From a virus: a stretch of DNA of 31,963 nt. Below, piece after piece: positions 23,153 to 31,963 of the stretch; position 1 is the stretch's first letter, and the number at the start of each line of letters is the position of its first letter. The translations under genes were made by a program, and so were the position numbers. The notes beneath the pieces were generated by a model. That model saw only the letters and a program-made list of their open reading frames with translations. It was not told the origin of the DNA and did no database searches. The stretch is from IMG/VR virus record IMGVR_UViG_3300026210_000006; one strand, given 5' to 3'.

Positions 23153-23476
23153 ATGACTGTTGCCTTAGCAAGACAAATTTTAAAAATGACCCGTACTTTA
23201 TTAAAGGGAGTAGCGAAGAAACGTGGAGTATCAGTCGGGAAATTAAGACAACAGGCAACGAAAGTACTTACTAAGGCTGGTAAAAAACCTAAAGTATTAA
23301 CTGGCGGAAATCAAAGATACGTTACTGGTAAGGATTACACGGCCACAAGATCAATGAAGAGTGGTGAGAAATATCAGGCTGAAGTGGGGGGTAGTGGAAA
23401 AACGAAAAAAAGACTCCCAGATTTAGATGAATTAGAAAGTGGGTGGGGGATGAAAAAAAGAAACAAAATGAGGTGA
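23153..23476 (+). CDS. Very basic small protein, possible DNA-condensing core protein
   Basis: 107 aa, K/R-rich, AAGGAG RBS. Confidence 0.6.
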   Translation: MTVALARQILKMTRTLLKGVAKKRGVSVGKLRQQATKVLTKAGKKPKVLTGGNQRYVTGKDYTATRSMKSGEKYQAEVGGSGKTKKRLPDLDELESGWGMKKRNKMR

Positions 23477-23486
23477 GGAGAAAGAT

Positions 23487-24062
23487 ATGTCAAATGGCAA
23501 AATGTATGATATAGCTGAGAAAGGACTCGGGGGAATACGAACATTATTTAAGGGTAGCCGTTTAGGTGGCGGTCCAGGATGGCTTGGTTATGGAACTGGG
23601 CAGTGGGCTCCAGGTGCCAACATCGGAGATCCAACTTCTGCACAATACAACAAAATATCTGAAAGAAGGGGAATTTTAGGACGTTTAGCTGACAAGAAGG
23701 CTTTAGACCAATGGGGTACCGCCCAAGGTCCAACCTGGGAAGATGATATTTATGAAGAAAGGCTCTCTAAGCCCAACAATCTTATGCAGCTTCTCCTCGG
23801 TAAGAGGGCTAAGGCTTCATACGGTGGCGCCCGTCGCCATCCCAATGCCCCCCACGAAGGCCCATCCCCCTCTGAATATTTTCCTCAAGAAGACCCAAGA
23901 TTTGGCTCTTACGTACGAGCGCGCGGAGTGCGCCCGGAGAATTATGATGGGTCGGCCGATTATATTAGGTGGAGGAGACAGGAAGAACATCGGAGAATGA
24001 TGGAAAGTGGAATGACTCCTGAAGATAGATATAGGGAGAACTCGGGGGAATACGATTGGTGA
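23487..24062 (+). CDS. Low-complexity G/R/P-rich protein, possible internal virion protein
   Basis: GAGGAG RBS; disordered-type composition. Confidence 0.6.
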   Translation: MSNGKMYDIAEKGLGGIRTLFKGSRLGGGPGWLGYGTGQWAPGANIGDPTSAQYNKISERRGILGRLADKKALDQWGTAQGPTWEDDIYEERLSKPNNLMQLLLGKRAKASYGGARRHPNAPHEGPSPSEYFPQEDPRFGSYVRARGVRPENYDGSADYIRWRRQEEHRRMMESGMTPEDRYRENSGEYDW

Positions 24063-24078
24063 TAAAACTGGATAGATA

Positions 24079-24792
24079 ATGGGCGATAGAATGGATTTAT
24101 ATCGCAGTGTTGAGCCTGATAATACAAATGTTGCTATAAATGGTAGCGACTCAATCTTTGATAATGAATACTCGCAAGTACCTTTTCCGCTATCAGAGAC
24201 ACAAGATCAGGACTTTCAAATTGATTGGGACTTTATAGGTGCAAGAGAGGGAAAGGGAGTAAATAAAGGTTATATTCCTAAATATCCAGATGGCACAATA
24301 ATGGGTAAAAGTGGCTTAACTATAGCTACTGGATGGGATGTTGGTCAAATGAGTTTAGAAGAATTACAAGCTTCAGGGCTGCCACCAGAAATAATAAATA
24401 AAGTAAGACCATTTGTAGGTTTAAAAAACGAAGAAGCTCAAGCTAAATATAAAGAACTTGGAGCACCAATGCTTGAAGAAGGAGAATCTGACATTATAGA
24501 TGAATTTACACGTAATAGAACAGTATCTCAGCTAAGTCAAAATTATAATAAGGCTACTGGTAAGTCCTTTAAAGATTTAACACCAGGTCAACAGACAGCT
24601 ATGGCGAGCGTTGGATTTCAATTTGGTACTAATTTAGAAAAAGCAACTCCTAACTTTTGGAAACAAACTACTACTGGTGATTGGGAAGGTGCTATTAAAA
24701 ATTTATTAGATTGGGAATCGACTGGCGAAGCTAGTGAATATCAAGATAGAAGAGAATTAGAGGCTAGACTTTTAGGTTGGGTGCCGGCGTAA
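24079..24792 (+). CDS. Pesticin C-terminal-like muramidase (T4-lysozyme fold), endolysin or virion lysin
   Basis: IDWDFIGAREG...GYIP...SGLTIATGWDVGQ...LTPGQQTAMASVGFQFG...RRELEA. Confidence 0.85.
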   Translation: MGDRMDLYRSVEPDNTNVAINGSDSIFDNEYSQVPFPLSETQDQDFQIDWDFIGAREGKGVNKGYIPKYPDGTIMGKSGLTIATGWDVGQMSLEELQASGLPPEIINKVRPFVGLKNEEAQAKYKELGAPMLEEGESDIIDEFTRNRTVSQLSQNYNKATGKSFKDLTPGQQTAMASVGFQFGTNLEKATPNFWKQTTTGDWEGAIKNLLDWESTGEASEYQDRRELEARLLGWVPA

Positions 24793-25617
24793 ATGTACGA
24801 AGTAACAATAAATCATAAGAATAAAGGCCTTACTGCTTATAAGATATATAAGAAGGAAGAGTGTGATGACAAAGAAATTAAATACAAATATTGGAAGGAC
24901 GCATGCGAAGGCGACTATGCACTCTCTGATGATGGGTGGTGTGCTGAGGTTATCAAAAGAAAGGAATATCCCAATAATCACAAGCAAACAACAGTTTATA
25001 TTAGACTCCCATGGGGATATTTTATGTGGAATCCCAAATATCCAACAATTAAGTTTAATGCGGAGGGGCGCATTACGCCTCATACTATCACTGGGAAACC
25101 TTATCTTGAAGCCAATAAAAAATCTGAGAAGATGAGAAATCTTGCAATGTGTTATGCACAGACAATGAATAAAGATTTGGCTATTGATTTAGCTCTCGGG
25201 AGCTTGACTCGCATGCAACATGGGTCTTGGAAACGTAAAATGAAAACGGAGGTTTTTAGGGATATGGTTAGAGAAGAATTGGCAAAACTTTTAACTAAAC
25301 ATGGGATGACAGAAGATTATACCCTGGAATTGTTAGCCGATACAATAGAAAATGCAAAGGGGAAGAAAGATATTACCAATCTAATGAGGGCGGTAGAAAA
25401 TCTTCAGGGAATGCATGGGATGAAAGAACGACAAGTTGTAAAGACTACTCATCAACTTGAGGGCACAGTGACTAGGAAGTTATTAGACCAAATTCACGAA
25501 GAAGAACAGAAGTTGAAGGCAACAAAAATCACGGAAGGTGAATATGAGCCACAAAAATTATCGGAGACCAGAGAAAAAGAAGAAGTACAAACCGAAGGAA
25601 AAAAAGAAGAAGGTTAA
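24793..25617 (+). CDS. Probable terminase small subunit
   Basis: Immediately upstream of TerL, with a helical oligomerisation-like region (REELAKLL...LMRAVENLQGMHGM). Assigned from position. Confidence 0.5.
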   Translation: MYEVTINHKNKGLTAYKIYKKEECDDKEIKYKYWKDACEGDYALSDDGWCAEVIKRKEYPNNHKQTTVYIRLPWGYFMWNPKYPTIKFNAEGRITPHTITGKPYLEANKKSEKMRNLAMCYAQTMNKDLAIDLALGSLTRMQHGSWKRKMKTEVFRDMVREELAKLLTKHGMTEDYTLELLADTIENAKGKKDITNLMRAVENLQGMHGMKERQVVKTTHQLEGTVTRKLLDQIHEEEQKLKATKITEGEYEPQKLSETREKEEVQTEGKKEEG

Positions 25618-27108
25618 ATGGATTACGAAGAAAAATACGAGCGATTACAAGTATTAAAGAAGTTTCGTGAAAATATCGGGCTTTTTGGTAAACTATGCTT
25701 TTCTTCGGCACTTAAAAAGCAAACACCTGATTTTCATCACGAGATTTATCGCAATTTAAGGAATAAGAAAAAAAGACGAGTTCTTATTGCTGCTCCTCGT
25801 GGTACGGCGAAAAGTACTGTATGTTCCCTTATTTTTCCTCTTTGGAAAATTGCATTTAAAGCTCCTGATGAAGAATTATTCATTGTAATTATATCAGAAT
25901 CGCAAACACAAAGTATTAATTTCTTGAGTAGGATAAAATACCATCTTGATACATCTCGTGTATTCAGGGAAGCATTTGGGGATTTCAGCGCTAATACTGC
26001 AAAGAGATGGACTAATAATGATATTATATTGGCAAATGGCTCTCGAGTAGTAGCAGTAGGTACCGGTCAGCGGGTACGTGGATTTATCGAAGGGGATACT
26101 CGTCCTAATCTCATTATTGTTGATGACTTTGAATCAGAGCTGAATGCCTTCACTCCAGAGAGTAGGGTAAAAAACCGTAAGTGGATTACAGAGGCTGTTA
26201 TTCCATCCCTTAGTGATGATGGGAGGCTTATTATGGTTGGCACAGTAATTTCAGAAGATTGTTTCCTTAATTGGGCTAAGGGAAGTCCAGCGTGGAGAAC
26301 ACTTTGGTATAAGATATGGGATGACGATGAAGAAAGTATATGGCCTGAACGATTTCCAAAAACAAGAATTATTAGCATTAAATCAGAGTATGAGTCTGTG
26401 GGGAACCTTAATGGATTTTATCAGGAGTATATGAATATAGCACAGAGCCCGGATAATGCACCGTTTAAGCCAGAATACATAAAAATACATTCATATGATT
26501 TTGAGAATATTGATGGTCAAAATTGTTTGGTGAAGGAAAGGGGAGATGAAAAAGAAATTAAACCTGTGGACATCTATGCCGGGGTGGACCCTGCTAGTTC
26601 TTTATCTATTAGGGCTGACTATTTTGTTATCGCTATCATCGCTGTTGATAGTGATAATAATAAGTATATCGTTGATATATTCCGCCGTAGATTGGACCCT
26701 GCGTACCAGCCTGATAAAATTATCGAGTATTTTGAAAAGTATAGTCCCAAGAAAATGAAAATTGAAACTGTGGCATATCAGGAAGCATTGCGTAGTTCCG
26801 TAAAGAAACTTATGCTTGAAAAGAATATATATATTCCCGGCCTAGAAGCTGGCGTGAAACCGCGGACAAGGAAATCAGAGAGATTACTTTCTTTGGTTCC
26901 AATGTTAGCTAAGGGTGAGTTTTTCTTCAGGCAACAGGATATTACTGCTCAACAAGAATTTTTGTCATACCCGAAAGGGAAACATGATGATATTCTTGAT
27001 GCAATTTGGACTGCGCTTGAAAAGTATGTCCCATGTAGATTGGAAACATTGGATGGCAAGAAAAAAAGAAGTACTAAAAGAAGAATCCTTGATTGGATGG
27101 TACAATAA
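25618..27108 (+). CDS. terL: Terminase large subunit
   Basis: Walker A APRGTAKST, Walker B IIVDDFE, RNase H-like GVDPA and HDDILDA. Confidence 0.95.
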   Translation: MDYEEKYERLQVLKKFRENIGLFGKLCFSSALKKQTPDFHHEIYRNLRNKKKRRVLIAAPRGTAKSTVCSLIFPLWKIAFKAPDEELFIVIISESQTQSINFLSRIKYHLDTSRVFREAFGDFSANTAKRWTNNDIILANGSRVVAVGTGQRVRGFIEGDTRPNLIIVDDFESELNAFTPESRVKNRKWITEAVIPSLSDDGRLIMVGTVISEDCFLNWAKGSPAWRTLWYKIWDDDEESIWPERFPKTRIISIKSEYESVGNLNGFYQEYMNIAQSPDNAPFKPEYIKIHSYDFENIDGQNCLVKERGDEKEIKPVDIYAGVDPASSLSIRADYFVIAIIAVDSDNNKYIVDIFRRRLDPAYQPDKIIEYFEKYSPKKMKIETVAYQEALRSSVKKLMLEKNIYIPGLEAGVKPRTRKSERLLSLVPMLAKGEFFFRQQDITAQQEFLSYPKGKHDDILDAIWTALEKYVPCRLETLDGKKKRSTKRRILDWMVQ

Positions 27109-29288
27109 TGGCTAAAAAAATAGTAGACGACGTTCACGAAATCTGGAAAACGTATTCGCTAAAAAGAGATGTTTGGGCAACGCACGCTCAAGAGGATAGG
27201 GAATTTAGATTCGGGAAGCAGTGGACGGCGGAACAGCGTCAGACACTTGAAGAGCGGGGGCAAGCAGCAATAGTTGTAAATAGAATTCATCCAGCCGTAG
27301 AAGCTGCGAAGGCTATGCTTACGAGTAATAAGCCTGGGTTTAGAGTATCTCCTAGAGAAGATAGCGATAATAAGGTAGCTCAGACTCTTAATGGGTTATT
27401 AGAATATATATGGCAGATATCAGATGGAGACCAAATACTGAGAAATATAGTTGACGACTATTATGTAACTGGGATGGGTTGTATGCTAGTGTATGAAGAC
27501 CCCGAAGCAGATATGGGGAAGGGTGAGGTCATGCTTAAAGATATTGACCCGCTTAATGTATATGTAGACCCTAATAGTCGTGAGCGATCATGCAGTGATG
27601 CAGAAAATATTATTGTTTCCCGCTTGTTTACGAAAGATCAGGCGAAGTCTTTATACCCGATGTATAAGAAAGCGATAAATAATGCGTCAACTGATAACTT
27701 TGATACTGATAGACCTGTAACAAATCGAGAAGATGATAATGAAGTTATATTCCCGGAAGATACTGAAACTAAAACCACTGTTTCCTTCGGGAAGGGTGAT
27801 GAGTATATACGGGGTTATGAAAGATATCATAAAGTTCAAGAAAATATGTTCCGCATCTTTGAATCGTGGAGTAATCGGGAAGATTTACTCACCGAAAATG
27901 ATTTTTATGAATATACTACTAAACCTGCTTGGCGGGTAAATGGACAATTAATTTCTGACGCAGCGATGGCAAAACAGATTGTTACTCAATTAACTCAGCA
28001 ATATCAACAAGCAGCAGCTTCGGCGAAACAAATAATAGCTTCCGGGCAACAAGTACCCATGCCAGATGCACCTAAGGTAGAAGAATTAACCCATGCAGAT
28101 TTACTTGAAAGTGGTGAATGTCAACATGTTGAAATATCTACAAAGAGAGTCAAAATGGAAGTAGTAATGGGTGATAAGCTTTTGTATGAGCGTATTCTTC
28201 CAACGGGGGAATATCCCATCGTATTCTTTATGAATATGCATACTCGTACACCATATCCAGTAAGTGATGTTAGAATGGTAAAAGGAGTCCAAGAATATAT
28301 AAATAAGACACGCTCCCTTATTATTGCGCATGCTACAACGTCTACTAACTTAAAAGTATTGCTCCCAGCAGGCTCAGTAGATATGACCGAATTCGAACAG
28401 AAGTGGGCACAGCCAGGTGTTGGAATGGAAGTTGACTTTGATATGGGACAACCTATCGTAGCTCAACCCGCACCACTTCCAAATGAGTTATATCAAAATG
28501 AGAACACTGCAAAACAAGATATAGACCATCAACTCGGCTTATATGAAATGATGATGGGTAATTCACAGGTAGCACCCCATACATATAAAGCAACAGTAAG
28601 TTTAGATGAATTTGGTCAGAGAAAAATTAAAAGCAAACTAGCAGATATAGAATATGGACTTAAGCGCACTGCTATTGTCGCGATAGAATTAATGCAGAAG
28701 CTTTATAAAGAAGAGAAAGTTGTGAGACTTTTAAAGCCTAATAATGCTATGAGCGAATATATGATTAATAAGAAGATGTATGATGATAAGGGTGATTTTG
28801 TAGTTATTAATGATATTAGTGTTGGTAAATATGATGTTATTGTAGTGACAGGCTCTACATTGCCAACAAATAGATATGCCCAACTTGAGTTATACATGGA
28901 TGCTTATAAGAATGGGATAATAGATAAGCAAGAAGTTTTAAAGAAGACGGAAGTCTTCGATATTGAGGGTGTCCTACAGCGTACAGATGCTATAGCACAA
29001 CTTCAGCAACAATTACAATCTGCGACACAGACTGTTAAGAAACTGCAGGGTGACTTACAGACTCGTGAGCGTGAAGTATATCATGCTAAGCAAAAAGCAG
29101 AAATTGAAAAATTCAAGGGTGATTTAGATTCGACCTCTACCAAAGCGAAAGCAGCAGGGACAATCTTCGAGAAACGCCTTGATGACGCACTAGGGCAAGT
29201 ACAAAAGGAAGTCCGAGAGGCTTCCAAAGAACCCAAAAAGGGCTCAACCTCTTCACGCTCTAGGAAGAGCAGTCCGAAAGGTAGGTAA
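27108..29288 (+). CDS. Portal protein (P22/N4-like long portal with coiled-coil barrel)
   Basis: FRFGKQW...RGQAAIVVNRIHPAV, DIDPLNVYVDP, QEYINK, GKYDV..., C-terminal Q-rich coiled coil. TAATG coupling at Met6. Confidence 0.92.
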   Translation: MAKKIVDDVHEIWKTYSLKRDVWATHAQEDREFRFGKQWTAEQRQTLEERGQAAIVVNRIHPAVEAAKAMLTSNKPGFRVSPREDSDNKVAQTLNGLLEYIWQISDGDQILRNIVDDYYVTGMGCMLVYEDPEADMGKGEVMLKDIDPLNVYVDPNSRERSCSDAENIIVSRLFTKDQAKSLYPMYKKAINNASTDNFDTDRPVTNREDDNEVIFPEDTETKTTVSFGKGDEYIRGYERYHKVQENMFRIFESWSNREDLLTENDFYEYTTKPAWRVNGQLISDAAMAKQIVTQLTQQYQQAAASAKQIIASGQQVPMPDAPKVEELTHADLLESGECQHVEISTKRVKMEVVMGDKLLYERILPTGEYPIVFFMNMHTRTPYPVSDVRMVKGVQEYINKTRSLIIAHATTSTNLKVLLPAGSVDMTEFEQKWAQPGVGMEVDFDMGQPIVAQPAPLPNELYQNENTAKQDIDHQLGLYEMMMGNSQVAPHTYKATVSLDEFGQRKIKSKLADIEYGLKRTAIVAIELMQKLYKEEKVVRLLKPNNAMSEYMINKKMYDDKGDFVVINDISVGKYDVIVVTGSTLPTNRYAQLELYMDAYKNGIIDKQEVLKKTEVFDIEGVLQRTDAIAQLQQQLQSATQTVKKLQGDLQTREREVYHAKQKAEIEKFKGDLDSTSTKAKAAGTIFEKRLDDALGQVQKEVREASKEPKKGSTSSRSRKSSPKGR

Positions 29289-29291
29289 ACG

Positions 29292-30254
29292 ATGGATGAA
29301 AATAGAACAGTAGATACCCCCCAAGAGGATTCTATTGTAGACGATGTAATCTTCGGATCACGGGATGCTTCTGAATTGACAGAAGAAAGCCCGTTCACAC
29401 AACCGGAAGAAACGGCTATCACGGAAACACCAGATCGACCACGCGATTCACTTGGAAGATTTGCTACCCCTGATATACCCGAGGAACAACCAGAAGCACC
29501 TCAAAGCCAAGAGCCGCCACTTGATAATGAACAAGTTCGATATCAATACTGGCAATCCGAGGCTGATAAGCGCGGTAATGAACTTGAACAAATGAAGCAA
29601 ACTAATCAAATGCTTCAAGGACAGGTTAATACGCTTATTCAACAACCTGCGACCCCCCAACAGGGGATACCGCAAGAAGAGGAATCTTTTGAATTCCCAC
29701 CTCCGCCGGAAAAGCCGCAGAAACCAGTGCGCTACAACAGAGTAGAAGCTTATGAAGACCCTAATTCGGAGTCTGGAATATACCTTGACGCTGTTGAAGA
29801 ATGGAGAGATAATATGGATGAATATGGTAATCTTAGGAGCGAGTATGATCGAGAAATGGCTATTTTTGAACGTGGCCAGCTCACTGAAGAGCGTAATCGC
29901 GAAAGAGAAGCTTTACAGCAATATGCTAGACAGCAAGAGCAGGTGGCTGATATTCGCCAGCACGTGCGTAAGCAATATAATGCTGATGATGCTGCCATAG
30001 ATGAGTTTATTCAAGTAATGTCTTCTCCAGATTCACTGACTGTGGATAATCTTTGGAAATTGTACTCCCTTGATAGAGGGACTGGGACTAATGCTCCTAA
30101 ACCGAGTCCTGCTTTTCAGCAGACTCGTAGGGCGCAACAAATTCCTAGTCCGATGGGAGTAGTATCCGGGGTAAATCGGCAGACTGATAAAACTGCTGAA
30201 GACCGGATAATGGATGAGCTTATTGGTGATTTTGATAAGCAAAATCCGTGGTAA
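29292..30254 (+). CDS. Capsid scaffolding protein
   Basis: Acidic, P/Q-rich, coiled coil (YWQSEADKR); located between portal and capsid. Confidence 0.75.
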   Translation: MDENRTVDTPQEDSIVDDVIFGSRDASELTEESPFTQPEETAITETPDRPRDSLGRFATPDIPEEQPEAPQSQEPPLDNEQVRYQYWQSEADKRGNELEQMKQTNQMLQGQVNTLIQQPATPQQGIPQEEESFEFPPPPEKPQKPVRYNRVEAYEDPNSESGIYLDAVEEWRDNMDEYGNLRSEYDREMAIFERGQLTEERNREREALQQYARQQEQVADIRQHVRKQYNADDAAIDEFIQVMSSPDSLTVDNLWKLYSLDRGTGTNAPKPSPAFQQTRRAQQIPSPMGVVSGVNRQTDKTAEDRIMDELIGDFDKQNPW

Positions 30255-30279
30255 AATAAATAGTTAAGGAGGTTTAACT

Positions 30280-31575
30280 ATGGCTAATCAATATAGTACT
30301 TCTGCTGGCTTAGGAATACAGTCATCAGTAAGTATAAACGACAGTCGCCGATTATTTAATTTCGGTGAAAGAATAGCTGAGCTTGCACCACAGCAGTCTC
30401 CTTTCTTCACTTACCTATCCAAGGTTTCGAAGAAGTCAACGGATGATCCTGTTTTCAAGTTTCTTGAACAGCGTCATCAATGGCAGCGACGGAATTTTGA
30501 TGTAGTAGACGACGTCACAGACGCTACGTACGCACTTGGAGATGCTATGAGTATAGCTGTTGATTGTGGATACGACAAGTATGGTAGAGTAGCAGCTGGT
30601 CAACAGCCGTTATTTTTTGTCCCAGGGCAAGTAATTGCTATACAGAGTAAGGACGATGGTGTGTTACGTTTTAAAATAACATCTGTCGACCTAACATCTT
30701 CAGGTGAGGCGAATCTCGTTGTTTCGGCTTTAGCAGCTGGAACATATGAGTTTGAAGAAGACGCCAAAGGTCAAGTGATTGGAAGTGCCTGGGCTGAAGG
30801 GTCTATTGATCCTGAAGGCTGGGCAGATAAACTGTACGATAGAGAAGGATATGTCCAGATTTTTAAGACAGCAATTCCTCTTTATTCTGGTACAGCGCTA
30901 GCTACAAAGTACCGTGGCAAGGCTAATGAATACAAACGTGTATGGCAGGAAAAGCTTATGGAACACAAGATGGACCTTGAAGAGGCTTTTCTAATGGGTA
31001 TTGGTTCCGCAGATGATGTTGGTTCGGATGGTCCTATTCGATATACATGGGGTATTCTACCTTACACAGAGCAGTATGGTAAGATTTATAATTTTACTTA
31101 TGCTAGTTCTGGGTATGACGCGTTTCTGGATGCGATGGAAGATTTCTTCGCACCTGAAAGCGGGAATTCAGGAAACAAACTTGTTCTATGTTCAAGAAAG
31201 ATTCTTTCTTACTTGAACAAAATGGGTTCAGGTAGTTTCATGAATAACACAGTTGGTGCTTCCCAGTATAGACTAGATGTGACTAGCATCCCAGGTAAGT
31301 TTGGGCATGATGTTACAATAGTTGATACTATTTTCGGGAAACTGCACTTCGTAGCTGATCCACTTCTTCGCGGAATGTGGGAAGATTATGCGATGGCAGT
31401 TGACATGAAAAATGTAGCTTATCGGCCGTTGGTTGGTAATGGTGTATCTCGTGATACACACATTATCACGAATGTCCAAGAAAACAACAGGGATGGACGG
31501 AAAGATATGATCTTGACCGAAGCTGGTCTTGAAATCAGTCTTCCTGAAACTCACGCTATCCTGAAGTTCAGTTAG
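30280..31575 (+). CDS. Major capsid protein (SU10/DUF5309-like, HK97 fold)
   Basis: RIAELAPQQSPFFTYL...DPVFKFLE, YVQIFKTAI, KLMEHKMDLEEAFLMG, KDMILTEAGLEI; AAGGAGG RBS. Confidence 0.9.
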   Translation: MANQYSTSAGLGIQSSVSINDSRRLFNFGERIAELAPQQSPFFTYLSKVSKKSTDDPVFKFLEQRHQWQRRNFDVVDDVTDATYALGDAMSIAVDCGYDKYGRVAAGQQPLFFVPGQVIAIQSKDDGVLRFKITSVDLTSSGEANLVVSALAAGTYEFEEDAKGQVIGSAWAEGSIDPEGWADKLYDREGYVQIFKTAIPLYSGTALATKYRGKANEYKRVWQEKLMEHKMDLEEAFLMGIGSADDVGSDGPIRYTWGILPYTEQYGKIYNFTYASSGYDAFLDAMEDFFAPESGNSGNKLVLCSRKILSYLNKMGSGSFMNNTVGASQYRLDVTSIPGKFGHDVTIVDTIFGKLHFVADPLLRGMWEDYAMAVDMKNVAYRPLVGNGVSRDTHIITNVQENNRDGRKDMILTEAGLEISLPETHAILKFS

Positions 31576-31585
31576 GAGGTAACTA

Positions 31586-31963
31586 ATGGCTTGGACAAAA
31601 TCAAAAGCCGGTAGTTTTACCAAGTATACTCAGGACTTAGGCTCTGGAGCGTCTGATACCATTGTACTTTCTGGTGCTGGATGTATTGTATCTCCAGCTG
31701 CAGATGCAGATGTGAAAGTGTCTACTGCAAGTAATGCTGATGATGTAGGTATAGGTGCGGGCGTTGCAGCTAGTTCATATACTTATGAGTTGATTGCAAC
31801 TACTGCAGCTAGTGAAGAATGTACTGTACCTGCTGGTTCTCATATACTGAAGGTGGAAGATGTCGATGGTGGTGGCGTTGTTAGAGTATATGTTCGAGGT
31901 AATTCTGCTAGTCAGGATACGGTTATAATCGGTGGAATCGGCGAAGACCCATCGCAGAATCGA
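31586..31963 (+). CDS. Post-capsid structural protein (decoration-like), 3'-truncated
   Basis: AGGAGG RBS; frame open to the window end (MAWTKSKAGSFTKYTQDLG...); A/G/S/V-rich; not in the ORF track. Confidence 0.7.
   Translation, partial: MAWTKSKAGSFTKYTQDLGSGASDTIVLSGAGCIVSPAADADVKVSTASNADDVGIGAGVAASSYTYELIATTAASEECTVPAGSHILKVEDVDGGGVVRVYVRGNSASQDTVIIGGIGEDPSQNR

Noticed and set aside
23031-23156. 41-codon plus-strand ORF across the structured gap
   Set aside because: No RBS and an uninformative sequence; the base-pairing explains the gap better.
187-31623. Many track ORFs antisense to or out of frame within long genes (e.g. 4627-4836, 8611-9036, 12182-12787, 19556-20026, 29081-29422, 31273-31623)
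   Set aside because: They are shadow ORFs of well-supported genes, with no RBS or recognisable motifs.
1-31963. tRNA, rRNA, CRISPR array, integrase/att site, IS element, stop-codon reassignment
   Set aside because: No cloverleaf with T-loop and CCA, no regularly spaced repeats and no recombinase motifs seen. Long genes read through cleanly in code 11 and use all three stops.

Overview
This is a ~32 kb piece of an AT-rich tailed dsDNA phage genome (Caudoviricetes, probably podovirus-like). It has two divergent arms that meet at a symmetric promoter near 14.85 kb. The minus-strand arm (14.6 kb to 1.6 kb) carries early and replication genes: a Sak4/AAA_24 ATPase, a probable SSB, an AEP primase-SF4 helicase fusion, a Gp157-like protein, an HNH nuclease, and small zinc-finger and membrane proteins. 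Inside this arm is a contiguous ubiquitin-like conjugation cassette (Ubl, E2/UBC-like, JAB/MPN+ peptidase, ThiF/E1) in which the expected catalytic motifs are all present. This phage-encoded cassette is the main candidate system. Most of the larger intergenic gaps of this arm are densely base-paired and closed by 9-18 bp helices. They include a ~550 nt and a ~300 nt candidate structured RNA and a repeated hairpin motif with a compensatory base change. The plus-strand arm (14.9 kb onward) carries a possible adaptor, tail fibres, holin-like proteins, a pesticin-type lysozyme, terminase, portal, scaffold, major capsid protein and a truncated decoration-like gene. The window starts in the tail end of another plus-strand run of basic proteins. 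I found no tRNA, rRNA, CRISPR array, integrase, DNA polymerase or transposon. All family calls come from motif recognition by eye, and all helices were paired by hand; no searches or folding programs were run.
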